A stretch of DNA of 64,000 nt, taken from contig OY253672.1 of the NCBI GenBank assembly GCA_958009085.1, forward strand, positions 310,001-374,000, in the 5' to 3' direction. The stretch is from Protoeuglena noctilucae (taxonomy: Eukaryota). Both the position numbers and the translations under genes were made by a program. Positions 24,406 through 37,400 of this stretch are shown here, one piece after another; position 1 is the stretch's first letter; each line of letters opens with the position of its first letter. The notes below the pieces were generated by a model. It was not told where the DNA came from, did no database searches, and saw only the letters and a list, made by a program, of their open reading frames with translations.

Positions 24406-27400
24406 TCACCGGCTTCGGTCGACGCCCACTGCCGGCTCGAATAGGCAGATGCAGTCGAACTGCTGACCCCCGAACAGGGCCTCCGCTAGCCGCTGGTTCT
24501 GCACAGCACACGGGAGCAAGTGTGGTCTCATGCGACCATCGGCGCCACCCCCACCCTGCCACCCTCCCGGTGCACGCACACCGCCCCTCGCCTTGACCAT
24601 CGCGAGCTTGAGGCAGTCGCACCGGAAACGCGTGCGCAAGTTGGTGTGGATCGCGCGCCCCATCCCCTCGATCACCAGCAAGTCCGCACCCTCGCACGCA
24701 TCCGCCAAATCCCTCGACACCCGCCGCAGGTCCAGGCAAGGGCTGCCCTGCCCGGACCCCACCACGAACAGCCGCGGCGGGGGCGGGGCGTGAGCGTCCC
24801 CGGCAATGCCCGGCGAGGCTCGGTCGGACCCACTGATCCCGGACCCCCCAGCAGTCAGCCCCGTGTGCGCCATCGCCGGCCCAGCGGGTGTCCTGGGAGC
24901 CTCCGAGCTCCAGGGAGCCCTCCCAGCCGACGAGGGCCCAGGGGCTGCCGCGTGCGGGGAGTGCGCGCTCGTGGGCCGGCTGGCGGGGCGGCTGCCGGTG
25001 TCCCGCGCTGCAGAGAGGCGCGAGGAAGGCGCGGCACGGCTCGTGGCCCGGGGCGGGATCTGCCCGCCGTGCGAGGCGCGGGCGTGGAGCCCGGCGCGCC
25101 ATGCGGCCGACAGCGTGGCGTCGATCTCCGAGCACGCGGCCAGAAGGGACTGCAGGGGAAGGAGGACTGCAGGGTGTCAGGTCACACGATGTCGGGTATC
25201 GGGATAAGTGCACCCTGCGTCTAATCTATTCCACAGCACTCTTAGGAATCTCTAGGGACTCCAGAAAGTGCTGTTTGGAACCGTCACCTCTAGCTCCGTG
25301 GCCGTGACGTCGTTGATGGCGGGGAGTGAGTTGGCGACCAGGACCACGTCACTGCCGTGGCGCAGCAGTTCCCGAGCCAGTGGGATCATTCCCAGCACCA
25401 CGTCAGCACCCGAGTTGTCCACAAACAGCTGCGAGGGGCGGGGGGCAGGCCGGTGGGCCCCCCTCTCAGACGAGCCCATCGCTGTCATGGCCGCCATGGC
25501 TGTGCGATACGAGCATGCACAGGCACCGCTGATGCGCAGCCGCGCTCACCAGGGCCCTCTGGTAGAAAGCCTCTTGCGTTTGGCTGGCAGTTTCGGGGGT
25601 GTGGGGAGCGTGCGACAGCTGCGGGTCCCTGGGCAGGGCCAGGCGGTCGATGTCGTCCGCAAACCACGACGCCTGCGGTGAGCGGGTCATGCACAGGGAT
25701 CGGGCTGCTGATGTGGAGTGGGCAGAGCATAACTGTCCAGTGTTCCATGCCACGCCCGGTCCTGCTCGCCCGCAGCGTGGCACAGCAGGTCCCCTCGACA
25801 ATTGCAATGTGGACAGGTGCAAAAGCTTTCTGCACCCCGCCCCCTCGCCTCGAATCGGTCGAACTCATCCACGCGCCACGGCCGCCGCGACAGGGTGGAC
25901 CGTGCCTGCTTGTAGATCTCCAGGATGGTGCCGTTCCTGCAGAGACAGATGGGCAGAGTATAAGCATATATTCAACGATGAAAGCGGAGCATCGCCCTCG
26001 TCATCAGCCCCACCGCTCTCGTCTGTCCCTCCACCACACATGCCACCCGCAGCGCCCCTCGCCTGTACAGCTCCTCGCAGGCCTTGGAACCCCAGTCGAA
26101 GATGTTGGCCGCCAGCACCCCCTCCACCAGCGACACCAGCCGCTCCCTCGGCCCCATCTTGTCGAGCTCCGCCAGCAAGTCCGGAAGCACCTCCATGGCC
26201 GCCTTGTTCTCACGCTCCTTGTCGAGCTTGTACACGTCCTTGAAGTTGAACTCCCTGGAGAAACAGAGAGCGAGATCTGCTCATTCCACTTGCTGACTCC
26301 ACGCCACTCCTCCCACCATCACCCACGCACTGCCCATGCATCGCGAGTCGCCCCACCCCAGCCAGCTCAGGTCTCACCTGAGGCACTCCTCCCTCAGCTC
26401 AAACACCTCGGCCAGTCCCAGCCGCCCGTACACCCCCGGCTCGTCGATGAGCTTGGTCAGGTGCGCCGTGAGGGCGCGCTCGAAGGCCGCTGCCCTCCGC
26501 CTGGTGCTCTCCGACGCCCCCTCGGACTCCACGGCCTTCAGTGCCGTCAAGGGCACCTGCGCATTGGGAGTTGGTTGCTCGTCGCCATCGACACTCATAG
26601 AAAGCAGTGTCATGCCGCCTGACCCGCAGACCCAGTCCACTGGGCGCCATGGTAGGGCTCACTGTATGCAAGCTTAACCATGTCATCGAACCAACCAACT
26701 CCTAGTCAGTGTTGCAAGCTCACACCTGGGACCTGAGGATCCCCAGCCAGTACTGCCGGTCCCCCGGGTCGGCCACGATGTCGAGGGTGTTGGGTTCGTA
26801 GGCGTCGATGTCGGCCAGGAGAGGGAAGGGCTCGTGCATGGGGCTGAACTGTAGGATGCCCACGTGCAGCTGCATGCGGCGGCTCGGGAGGAGGTACGAG
26901 GGCATGCGGCCCGACATGAAGAGCTCGTCCATCGAGGACGCCTCTGCAGGGACAGCAAGAGGGTGTAAAGGGTGTCAGGGTGATAAACGATGAAAGCAAT
27001 GTCGACCTCGCTCCGTGGCAGCAGTGGCGGCCTTTGGGGGAGCTCAATGGGTGCCGCAAGGCCTGCAGGCCCGGCGTTGCCGTCTATGATGCACCGAGCC
27101 ACGTCTCAGCATGGCAGAGTGGCAGCAAAGCCTCACCAGGCTCGAGTCGCCCAGTGCCGCTCGAAGGGCCCTCCGATCGGGGAGCTGCAGGGAACGCCCT
27201 CCCTTGCTCGCCTGCGAGAGAATGGAACCCATGGCAACTCTGCAGCAGCACTCAGCCACTGGCCGCTGCAACATGCACCCCCCTCGCGCGCCGCACCTCT
27301 CCCCTCCAGCGCTGTCCCAGCAGCACCCGCGTCCCCCTCTCCCTCCCCCGTCACTCCCCCGTCCTCCTGCGCGCCCCTGGCCGTGCCTGCCTCAATGAAC

Positions 27401-30118
27401 CTCTCCACCCACGTCACCTTCTGCTCCACGCTGCCAATCACGGGACCCTGGACCTCGCCCCTGGGAGGAGAGGGCAAGCAGTTGCGGTCGATGGCACAGG
27501 CAACAACACAAGGCAGGGCACACGGCTGGCAGCACTAGCAGCGAGCGAGCGAGTGCTCCCCCAGCGTTCCGCGAGTCACAGCCCATTACCAAATAGCAAT
27601 CAGACTGCCGACTCGCTGCATGGCAGGTCATATTGGTGTACTGGTGTACTCACCCCAGGAAGGGGGCGCCCATGCTGAATCGTTCGGCGAACTTGGCCCG
27701 CACTTTGCCGGTGGCAGAGTACTTGCGCTGCACGCCGCGGTCCTGCTGGGCGAGGATCTCCTCGATCGCAGACACCTTGAGGAAGGCGCCCATGGAGCCC
27801 AGGAAGCCCTGCGTGCGGGTGGGGTGCGCAGTGCGGCCAGGGTGCGGTGTTCCAAGACGGCGTGTCAGGGTGGTTTGCATGGCAGCTCCACAGATAGAAC
27901 GCATCGGCTTGGTTGCCTTTGCAGCCTTATGGGACGCCAAATGTGACCCGCACTTGGTGTCTCAGAAACAGCATCGCGTCTCCATGACTAACAACAGCGC
28001 CTCACCTCGTGTCTCAGGAACAGCGCCTGGATCTCCCCCTTGGACCAGAACTTGAAGGCATAGGAGATGGTCTCCATGGTGTAAGGGTGGCCGCGGATGA
28101 AGAAACCCCCGAAGAAGACCCGGCGGATGCGGTAGCGCTGGGCGTTGAGGTATGCGATCTGAGGGGAGGGGAGGGGTGCAGTAGTGTGTTGGGCATTGAG
28201 GACGTAGGCGGTTTGCGTGGTTGAGACTCGCATGCGGGGCGTCCAGCACGCATGCGATGAAGAGAGAGCGGCGTGGCAGCACGTCCCTAAGCACTGCACT
28301 TGCCTGGGCAATGTTGTACGACACCATGCGCATGAGTGCCAGGGCCAAGTCCGCAGGCTGAAAGTCTTCCAGCTGCTTGTTCTCTGCGATGAGTAGAAGC
28401 GGGTTGTCGAGATCCAGCTGATGAGCCTCGCCAAGCACTCTGCGCCGCGCAGGGCTGCTCTCACCCGCCACGACCCGCCCGAACGAGGACGCGATGGTCT
28501 TGGACGAGAGGCCTATCTTCTCGTAGTCAAGTCCACCGTAAATATCACCAACGAGCATGTCGACCTGCGCCCAGGGACGTGGGAGGTGGGCCAGGTGGCG
28601 CCACGGCAGCTTCGGCCAGGCGTTCGCTGTACGGCACGCGCACGCATGCACAGGCCATGGGGTGGGTGCCATCATGAGTAGGAGACGAGTCATGCCCTTC
28701 TGACCTTGGTGTTGTCCCCCTGCATGGACAGCTCGAGCATCTCATCGAAGGTCTTGGCCCGCGTCAGCAGCCGGCAGAGTCCCCAGAAGGTGCCCCCGCC
28801 CAGGCTGGTCCCGCTGACGCGCTCGAACTTCCCCAGCGAGTCGACTTTGATCAGCGATACCCCGGAGCCGATGTTGACGAGGAGGTACGGGAAGACGTCG
28901 CCATCTGCAGGCAGGCGAGGGGCTTGTGAGCTGTAATGCGTATGCCATATATCGTCAGCCGCGGCACCTCATGACCGGGGCTTGGCTCACGGGTCAGTTA
29001 GCTCCAAGACAGGCGGCTCACGAAGCGCAGCTAGGGTGGGGACCAAGCTGCGCAGGAGAGGTGAGGGTCACCCCTCACCGGATGTGATGGGCACGAAGGT
29101 CTGGCGTCCGTCAATGAACGTGAAGGCCTCGTCCCGAATGGCCTGCAGGAGGAAGTTGGCCCCCTGCACCAGGCACTCCATCTCGTCCTCCTTCTCGATC
29201 ACCACCCTGCGAAGTGACACAGCCACGGGAGGGGTGCATCACAACATAGGTACCACAGCACGACCATGCAAATGCCCAGGTAAAGACGGACAGAAGCAAG
29301 GTGGTCGTGCCAGCGACGCCCCGCCCCGTCCGCACCCCAGCCGCCGTTTGAATGCGTCGGCGAACTTGTACGCCCCTCCCCCCGTGGCCTTGATGCGCAT
29401 GAGCGTCCCGGCCTTGTGTCCCCCGCCCTGGGAGTGCAGGTGGAGCTGTTTCTGCTCAATGAAGTCCAACGCCAGGTCGACCTTGGACGTCTCGAACTTC
29501 ACGAAGTGCAGGCGGCCGCCGGACGTGGAGCCCGCGTTGGAGCCGGGGGTGAAGTAGACGATCTTAATCAAAGACCCGCCGATGTCCAGGGCAAAGTGGC
29601 CCACGCTGGACGCCTGTGTGGGTGCAGGTGAGCAGGTGTTGCATGGGGGACAGCAACACAGCGACCAGGGCAGGCCAGGCGATGGCTGGTGCACTCAGCG
29701 GCCCCTGAAATGCTCGTCTGTTGGTTGAGCCGAAGCATGGAGTGGGCAAGGCAGGACAGGGGTGGGCAAGGGAGGGCGCGAGGCGTGCCCCTCTCACCTC
29801 CTGGTTCGGCAAGACGATGGTGGGGGCCTCGTCGCGAATGGCCCGGCGCGAGGACGGAGATGCCTGGACGTCACCCAGGGGCCCGTCTGCCTGACCCAGG
29901 GGGTCAATAGTGGCCCCGGAGAGGTCGAGCGCGCTGCCAGCCGAACGGTCACGACGATGGCTGGGCCTCCTGGGGTGGGCCACGGCGAGTCAGAGCTGTC
30001 CCGCAAGCTTACAGCACCCGACGCGATGGCTGCTTCGATATAGCGCCGCGGCCCACCTGGGAGACGCCGTGTGGGCGCCATCGCCATCCAGCTCCCGCAC
30101 GGAGAGCGAGCGCCGCAT
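24406..30118 (-). CDS. PANK2: Pantothenate kinase 2 (type II PanK fused to DUF89/ARMT1-like phosphatase), multi-exon
   Basis: [91 protein letters not shown]89 [41 protein letters not shown]. Start ATG at 30118 inferred. Confidence 0.95.
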
Positions 30119-30650
30119 GGCCGGAGCCACCTGACGCCAAGGCGGTGACACCGATGACGGTCCCCACACGTCTGCTGCGCCAATGTCACGCGTCCTTGCT
30201 CACGCGCTGCCTAGGGGCTGTGGAAGTGCACCGATTTCCGCAAGCAATGTGTGGGCAGTCCCTCCGACGCCTGGCGCCCACGATTGCCGCGCGCCTAGCC
30301 TTGTCTGACATGAACAATGGCGAGCAAACCAGTCGGCAACGGAAACTTTCGCTTTAGTGTCCGCAGTCGCACGGTCCTGTCCCACGTGCACGTCTCTCGC
30401 AAAAGCACGCTCGACAAGACCCCGCGCTTGTCTCTGGTCCATAAATATACGCCACGTGGCAACAATGCACAGGGACAGGGCGCTGAACGAGGGCTTCTTG
30501 GCCTTCTCACCTTTCTGTCTGACGGGTCTGACGAGGCGCTTCTCGGGCCCTCCCATTGCGGCCCAGCGACTGCGAGCCTCTTACTAGCTCCCAATTCACT
30601 GCCTACTGGCACATTCGAAGGGGCCGTGGACGCGCGAGGTGTTCCTCAGG

Positions 30651-31631
30651 ATGGCGACGTCCGCGCCGGGGGGCAGCGCGCCCCTCAAACCCTGGCAGAG
30701 AGCGGGTGCGGGCCAAAGCTCGGGGCCGAAGCCGTGGGAGGCGGGCTCCCGCTCGTCGGAGCCCGTCCAGACCCCCGCACAGCCCTCGCGCCCGTGGGAC
30801 GGCGAGGGAGGGACGCAGACCGGCGGGTCTGGGGGCGCGACGGAAACTGCCGTGAATCGGTTCACCACGGCGGCCCCGCTGGGGTCCGGGACGTGGGGCT
30901 CGGGGGGCTACAGCTCGCCGTACTCGAGCTACGGCTACGGTAAGCGCTTGCGCGGCTTGCGGGACAGCGTATCGAGAGCTTGGAGCGTGTAGTGACGCTG
31001 CGCACGCTGCATAGTCGCAGGGTCGTACGGAGGGGGCTTTGGCGGGCCCATGATGAACCGCTTCGGGGGTGGGGGCTACGGGGGGATGTACGGCGGGGGC
31101 ATGTACGGTCAGCGCTATGGGGGCGGCATGTACGGAGGCAACGGCTACGGTGAGCGCGGCACGCCGCGATGATCGCAGCGACCAATAGGGCCGGGGCGAG
31201 GGTGGGGTCCCGACGCATGCGCCCCTGCGCATCCGCAGGGGGAGGTTACGGGCAGCCGTACGACCCCAACGATCCCCACGGCATGCCTCAGCCCCCGCCG
31301 GCCTGGCAGAAGTTCCTGGCCGTGGTCGGGAGCGTCATGGGGGTCTTTGGCAAGATTGCCTTCTTGGTCGACGAGAACACCCAGGCCATGCACTTCTTCA
31401 TCACGGCCTTGTTGCAGCTCATCGACCGTCTGGGGTCTCTATACTCGGAGCTCGTGCGCTTCGTGCTCAGGTGTGACTGGCCCAGCACGTCTCATGGGCC
31501 ATGACTCGAGCTGTGGTTGCCGCGTGAGTGTGACGGTCTCCGTGGTTTGTCTCGCTTGCAGGTTGCTCGGGTGGAAAGGCGGGGCGACGGCGAAGGAAGC
31601 GCAGTTCCAGGGCGCGTGGCAGGGCCGCTGA
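30651..31631 (+). CDS. PEX13: Peroxisomal membrane protein PEX13 (plant type)
   Basis: N-terminal KPWQ/KPWE, Gly-Tyr-Met-rich region (GGMYGGGMYG), conserved FGKIAFLVDENTQAMHFFITALLQLIDRLGSLYSELVRFVLRLLG. Confidence 0.93.
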
Positions 31632-31678
31632 GCGCGCCCAGCGCCCCCCTGCCCGCACAGGGAGCGAGGCGGGGGACT

Positions 31679-31683
31679 TGTAA
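31679..31683 (+). terminator. Candidate chlorophyte polyadenylation signal TGTAA (PEX13)
   Basis: TGTAA about 48 nt after the PEX13 stop. TGTAA is the established poly(A) signal in Chlamydomonas and related chlorophytes. Confidence 0.5.
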
Positions 31684-32252
31684 TAGCGGACTTCCGAATA
31701 TTGAAATGCGGGGGCACTAGATCTCGGAAAATGGAGGCAACCCTTCGCCAGCACGCTGCCACTGGCACCGCTGACGGGGCCTCCTGGCCTCATTGGCCCT
31801 CAAGCGGGGCTTGCCACGCCACGCTCGGCATACCGGTCTCACTGCGACGTCGGAGACCCGTCCATCGGCCACCTCACCCAGCAGGGCAGACGCCCCCTCG
31901 TTCCACGCCCTGAGGGCGCGCCCGCCGCGATGTCGCTGTTCTCCACCGTGGACATCGCGTCCCAGTGAGTGGCCCGCTGCACCGCTCATTGGCACGGAGG
32001 GACCCCGATGCGCGCGGCATGCGTGCACAGGCGCGCCTGGCCTTTTCCGCTCTTCGGGGGCCCCGGCTCCCCGATCACCGCGCAGGCGCGCTCTCGGGGC
32101 AGTTCTTGTGTTACCGCCCCCCCTGCTGACCCTCACGCCCTTGGCCCTGTGGCCCGGTGCCCGCCCCAATGCCGAACCCCTGGAGCGGGATTCCTCGCCG
32201 ACCCCGCTCCCCCATCGACCCGCGTGACCTCTAACCCGTCGATTTCGACGCG

Positions 32253-33157
32253 ATGGGCCTGTCGTTGCGGTACCGGGCCCAGCCAGCCCTCCGCGGGACC
32301 GCAATGTCAGCGCTAGAGTGGGGACGCGTCCCCGCGACGCTCCCCGCCCCGCGACGTCACGCGACCCTCCTCTGCGCCTCATCTGAATGCTTTTGCTCGT
32401 TTGAGGGTGCCCGTTTTCGTTTGGAAGGCCTCCCGCCCCCGCTAGGTCTCCCCTTCCTGCAGAGGTCGTTGCCGGGATGATCTCGGCGCGTTTCCTCGGT
32501 CTCTCCCTGAGATCTCCCGTGTCTGTGTCCGCAGGCTGGGATGCTGGGTGCTGGGCTTCCTGTACCCGGCCTACATGTCCATGCGTGCCCTGCGGACGTC
32601 CACGACCGCGGACGACACCAAGTGGCTCGTGTACTGGATGGTCTTCGCCCTGATCTCGGTGGTGGACAACGTGGACGTCACGCTCCGCGACTACATCAAG
32701 ATTGGCATCCCCTTCTACTACGCGGCCAAGCTCGTGGTCATCTTCGTGCTCCTGGGCGGCGGCGCGGGGGTGAGGGCCCCGCCCGGCCGGGGCAGCGCAG
32801 CCTCGCCAACCGGCCTCTGCCCCGCGCCGCGACCCGCGACCCGCGCCCGCCCCTGCCCGCAGGCCGTGTCGCGCCTCATCATGCCCATCTACCACAAGTA
32901 CGCCGGGAACCTCGACGCGGTGGACCACGTCTTCCTCGCGGCCATCAAGAACCCGGTGTTCGACAAGGTGGATGAGCGCGTGCAGAAGCTCAGCGCCAAG
33001 GACCTCGAGTGGGCGACGGGCCAGCTGTCGGCGCAGATCCGCGCAGTCGTCCAACCCCAAGGAGCTCAACAAGCTCGTCAACAGCCTCCAGAAGAACGGC
33101 ATCAAGGCCTTCCAGGGCGAGGAGGAGGAGAAGAAGAGGACAGGCTGCTGCGGCTAA
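32253..33157 (+). CDS. HVA22/TB2-DP1 (REEP/Yop1) family protein, with an apparent 1-nt frameshift near 33040
   Basis: MGLSLR|LGCWVLGFLYPAYMSMRALRT..DDTKWLVYWMVFAL..IPFYYAAKLVVIFVL. The codon-biased C-terminal frame SSNPKELNKLVNSLQKNGIKAFQGEEEEKKRTGCCG* is offset by one base. Confidence 0.85.
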
Positions 33158-33229
33158 CCGGAGCGGCTATCTGCGGAGCCGGGGCTAAAGCGCGTGCTAT
33201 GAAAACAAGTGTGGGTTGGTTGAACGCAG

Positions 33230-34132
33230 TCAGGCACTGGCGGCGCGGCGAGACGGGTGGTCGGCGGTCCCGTCCGCCGGCTCCGAGTCGTCCCATGACA
33301 GGAACGCGCCGGGCGCGTCGTGCGCGGGCGGGGCTGCCGTCCTAGTTACGTGCACGGCCCGCCACCCCCGGCCGGTGGGTTCGGCCTTCAGCAGCCAGCA
33401 GTAGAAGGCCCGCTCGACGCGGTGGCCCGCGGGTGCGATGCCGGCTAACACGGCGCTCTCCTTGACCTCGAAAGCCTCCTCCCCCTCGGCCAACACGTAC
33501 GCCAGGTCCCCAGCATCGCTTGACCCTACCTGCGGCCCACGAGAACGCTGCTTATATTGTTCTGAAGGCGCCGACCCGGCCCACCCGCGCTGCCGAAAAG
33601 GCCTCGCCTGCCGGATGCGGACGTGAGTGACGTCGAAGGGGCCCATCAGGTCGTATATGGCGCACAGCTCACGCAGGCCCATGCCGTGGCGACCAAACAT
33701 GTGGAACGTGCTGTCGGTGCCGCTGTCGAAGTGATGCCGCATCCACTCGGGGTTCTGGGGCGCATGGGTGGGGCCACAAATTACGGTTGACCGATACGAC
33801 TGGGGCGCAGGGGCAGCCCCGTGCTTGCTATGCTATGCGGATGCAACAAGCACCTTGTGCAAGCCCTTGCCGAGGCCCTTCAGGAAGGACTTGACGGCCA
33901 GTGATGCCGTGTAGAGCGTGGCATCTTCGTGGTGGGCATCCAGCCGCTCCGCGTTGCCCAGGCGAAACCGACACGCCACCGATGCGAGGGCGCCCCTGCC
34001 ATTGGTGCCGGCCGAAGCGCAGCGATATGTCAGGGGTCCCGCGACCCAGCTTGGTCCGGAAGGATCCCGTGCGCGAATGGAAGAGCCCCGCGTGTGCGGG
34101 ACTCGCGCTCCCCAGCTCACGCACGCCTGCAT
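33230..34132 (-). CDS. Hypothetical protein, putative plastid transit peptide plus SnoaL/NTF2-like domain
   Basis: Ser/Arg/Ala-rich N-terminus MQACVSWGAR...ASVACR. Spliced core AVKSFLKGLGKGLHK|NPEWMRHHF..FHMFGRHGMGLRELCAIY..VTHVRIRQ|VGSSDAGDLAYVLAEGEEAF..FYCWLLK..GWRAVHV has the alpha-then-beta pattern of SnoaL-like folds. Fold call made by eye. Confidence 0.5.
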
Positions 34133-34423
34133 CGCAAATCTCTGCGCGCGGAGAAATCTCTGGCCGCGATTCGGACTTGCCGATAACCGAGCACCACATA
34201 CATGTATCTGTGGGGATTCGCGCGTCTCCACGAACGAGTTTCGTGCACTTGCATGTGTGTCGCCGAAACAGTTGGAACGGTCTCGACGCGTGTGGGCGAT
34301 TTCACCAGCCCACTGGGGAATGGAATGCATCTTCGTTGTCGATAGGACTCCTGGCCGCCGATACTGCGACCGAAAAGGCTGCCGTCGCGGCGTGTAGCCC
34401 TCACGTGCTCATCGGAGGGAAAC

Positions 34424-37400
34424 ATGGCCCTCCAGCTGGCTATCGATGACTTGGAGGCGATAGCGTGGCAGACGACATGGACAAGGCCATCGCCGCCCTT
34501 GTGCCGGGCTCGGAGGACGCCACGTACCTGGCAAGGGCGCATATGCTCGCGCAGCCTTGCCGGGCCGCATAGCGTCCGCTTCGCCGGCTACAGCATACAC
34601 GACATGCTGTATCGGGAGTGTTTTGCCACAACCTATGGATGGTGCGTGATCGCAGCGGGTCCTTCAGCTCGAGGCCAGCGGCCAACTCGCCGAAGCGGAC
34701 ACCGTCCTTGCGGAGTGGTACAAGCGCAGGGGCTCGGGCAGCACTCTGTACGAAATCGCCCGGTGAGCACGCCGCTGGTCACCTCACGTCGCACTGCTCG
34801 TGCTCCCGTGCATCTCTCAGCCCGTGGACCCGTCTGCGGCCGCAGGACGCGACAGGCGCTCCTCTGGTGCACGCGGGACCTGCCTAAAGGCATCACGATC
34901 CTCAAGGACCGCCTCCATCCGGACCTCAGCCACCAGCGCGTGACGGACGCCGTCCCCCGTCACCTGCCCACGGCCCTGGAGGCGTCCGCCACTGACGTGA
35001 CCGAGCTCAAGGCCCAGGCTCGGGGGTACTCGCTCCTCAGCGCCGTCACGGACGCGGGACTTGAGGCTTTCGCTCAGGATGTGAGTCCGCTCGCGTCATG
35101 AGATCCGCCCACGCATGCATGGCATGGCCCTGCCTACGACCCCGCCATGTGTCCGCATGCAGGCGCCCACCCTGGACAACCCCACCCCATCCCACCCATC
35201 GCGGCCCCTGCTCCACCACCTCCTGTCCCGCATCTGCCGCCCCGACTTCCCCAACCTCTTGGCCCTGGTGCTCTTGGGCCTGGAGGCGGAGGGCGAGGGG
35301 TCCTTCGGGCAGCTGCCCATCCACGGTGCCCTGACCACGCCTCAGCTGGACGAGCTGGGCAGGCGCAGGCCGCAGCTTTGGCGGCACCCGGAGTTCGTGC
35401 TGCGGCGATGCGCGCGGCTGCTCCCGGAGTCGGGACCCGGCTGGGAGCGGCCGGCGACGGCGGAGGAGGCGGCGGAGCGGGGGCGCTACCTGTCTCGCCT
35501 GCGTGCCTTCGCGGCACCCCTCGACCCCGCCTTCAACGCCCTCAAGCACCTCGCCCTCTACCACCTTCTCGACCACCACCGCCGCTTCGGGGGCATGCTC
35601 GATGCCCTTCCGCTCCTGAAGGAGTTCCTGGACATGCCGCGCGACGCCGAGTGGCGGGCCCCCGTGGCGAGGCAGGGTGCCGGCAGGGAAGAGCACGCGT
35701 TCTATCTGGGGACCGACTACGCCCGGTGGACGCGCCTGCCAGCGGTGCGGGACGAGCGGGGACTGGTGGAGGCGTACCTGGAAGCTTTCTTTGCTGATGC
35801 CCGTGACGAGAGCGCCCACGGCCTGGACGCCTTCGTAAGACAGGACTACCTGCGCCGGGCACTCGCACGCGCGAAGCTGGCGCGGGGGGCGCCCGGCACT
35901 GACAAGGCGAGCGGGGGTCGAGCAGAAGCGCCGCGTTGTGCTGCTGGTTGTCACTGGCTGTTAGGGTCCTTACGCTGAGGCTGGCCGGCGTGGTCCGCTG
36001 CAGTGGGCCGAGATGCTCGGGCAGACGGCGATGGAGGAGCTGGCCAAGCGCGTGACGATCCAAATCACTCCAGACAACCCGGAGTACTACGCCGGTGGGT
36101 GACAGTCAGGCTGGGGCGGCCACGCTGCCTACTGCTGGGGGGTGACTGCGCCGGTGTCGATCCGCAGTAGGCAAGTCTCGAGGGAATTGCAGTGCTTGCG
36201 TGCAATCCCCCGCCCCGTCCGCAGCGTCCGACCGCGTGGTGGTGCGTGCCGAGGTGCAGAACGTGCCGAGCCTGACGGTCCAGGTCTTCGAGATGAACGC
36301 CGTCAACTATTGGCGCGCCACGTCGGAGGAGGTGGACGTGTCGATCGACCTCGACGGCCTCGTGGCCAGGCACCGCCGCGTGTTTGACTACAGCGACGTG
36401 CCGCCCGTCAGGAAGGAGGTCCGCACTTTTCAGGCAAGGCGTGACTCCACCTTGCTGCCGGCTGCGGGTACTGGGCAGAGCGTCAAGACTGCAGAACGCA
36501 GAGCAGACTTGGTGATCCAGTGTGTTATGTATATATACAGGATACCACACATGTCTCTCTTGGTTTCACACGACTGCAGCTGGAGGAGCTGTCGGAGCCA
36601 GGGACGTATATCGTGGAGCTCATCGGGGGCGGTCAGAGCAGCCGCTGCCTGGTGCGCAAGGGCCGGCTGCGGCACGTGGAGAAGACGGACGCGGCGGGGC
36701 ACGCCTTCCTGGTGCTGGACGAGGCGGGTGAGGGTGGTTATGAGAAGGGGTGTGCGATAAGACAAGTGAGGGTAGCTATGGGTGGGGAGTGAGGTGGTCC
36801 CCACACCCAATGGACGGCTGATTGCTGCAGCTGTGGGTAATGACAACCCTCGTCGCTCATCACTAGACACTCGCGCCCGCTCTCTACTGTTGCAGGTCAG
36901 CTGCTGACGGATGCCAAGATTCTCCTCGAGGGCCGCGAGCACCTCCCCGACTCCCGGGGCCTGGTGCGGGTGCCTTTCGGGGCCTCGCCGTCCCTCAAGC
37001 GCGGTCTGCTGGTGCATGGCCGCCTGGCCACGCCCTTCGCCTTCACGCACCTCAGCGAGGCGTACGCGCTAGAGGCAGACGTGCACGTGGACCGAGAGCA
37101 GCTGCTGGAAGGCGCGGACGCCACGGCGGTCGCGCGCGTGCGACTGACGGTGCACGGGCACGAGGCGCCCCTTGCCAGTCTCCTGGAGGACCGGGTCATG
37201 GCCGTCGAGGCGGTGGACCGCGCCGGGGCCGTGTCGCGAAAGGAGGTGCGCGGGTGGGCGGTGGTGGAGGGGGGTGACGTGACGCTCACCTTCCGCGTGC
37301 CGCCCGGGCTGGCCAGCGTCACCGTCACGGTGGCGGGAAGGGTGCTGGTGGCCAGCACGGGCCGAAGGGTCGACGTGAGCGCCTCGCGGCGGCACGAGGT

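Noticed and set aside
28740..29200. PanK domain might be a PANK4-type pseudokinase
   Set aside because: The catalytic Glu (KEDEM) and the Arg of [13 protein letters not shown] are both present, consistent with an active plant-type PanK2.
31020..31150. GGC/GGG-ATG-TAC repeats as a possible repeat element
   Set aside because: This is the normal Gly-Met-Tyr-rich coding region of PEX13.
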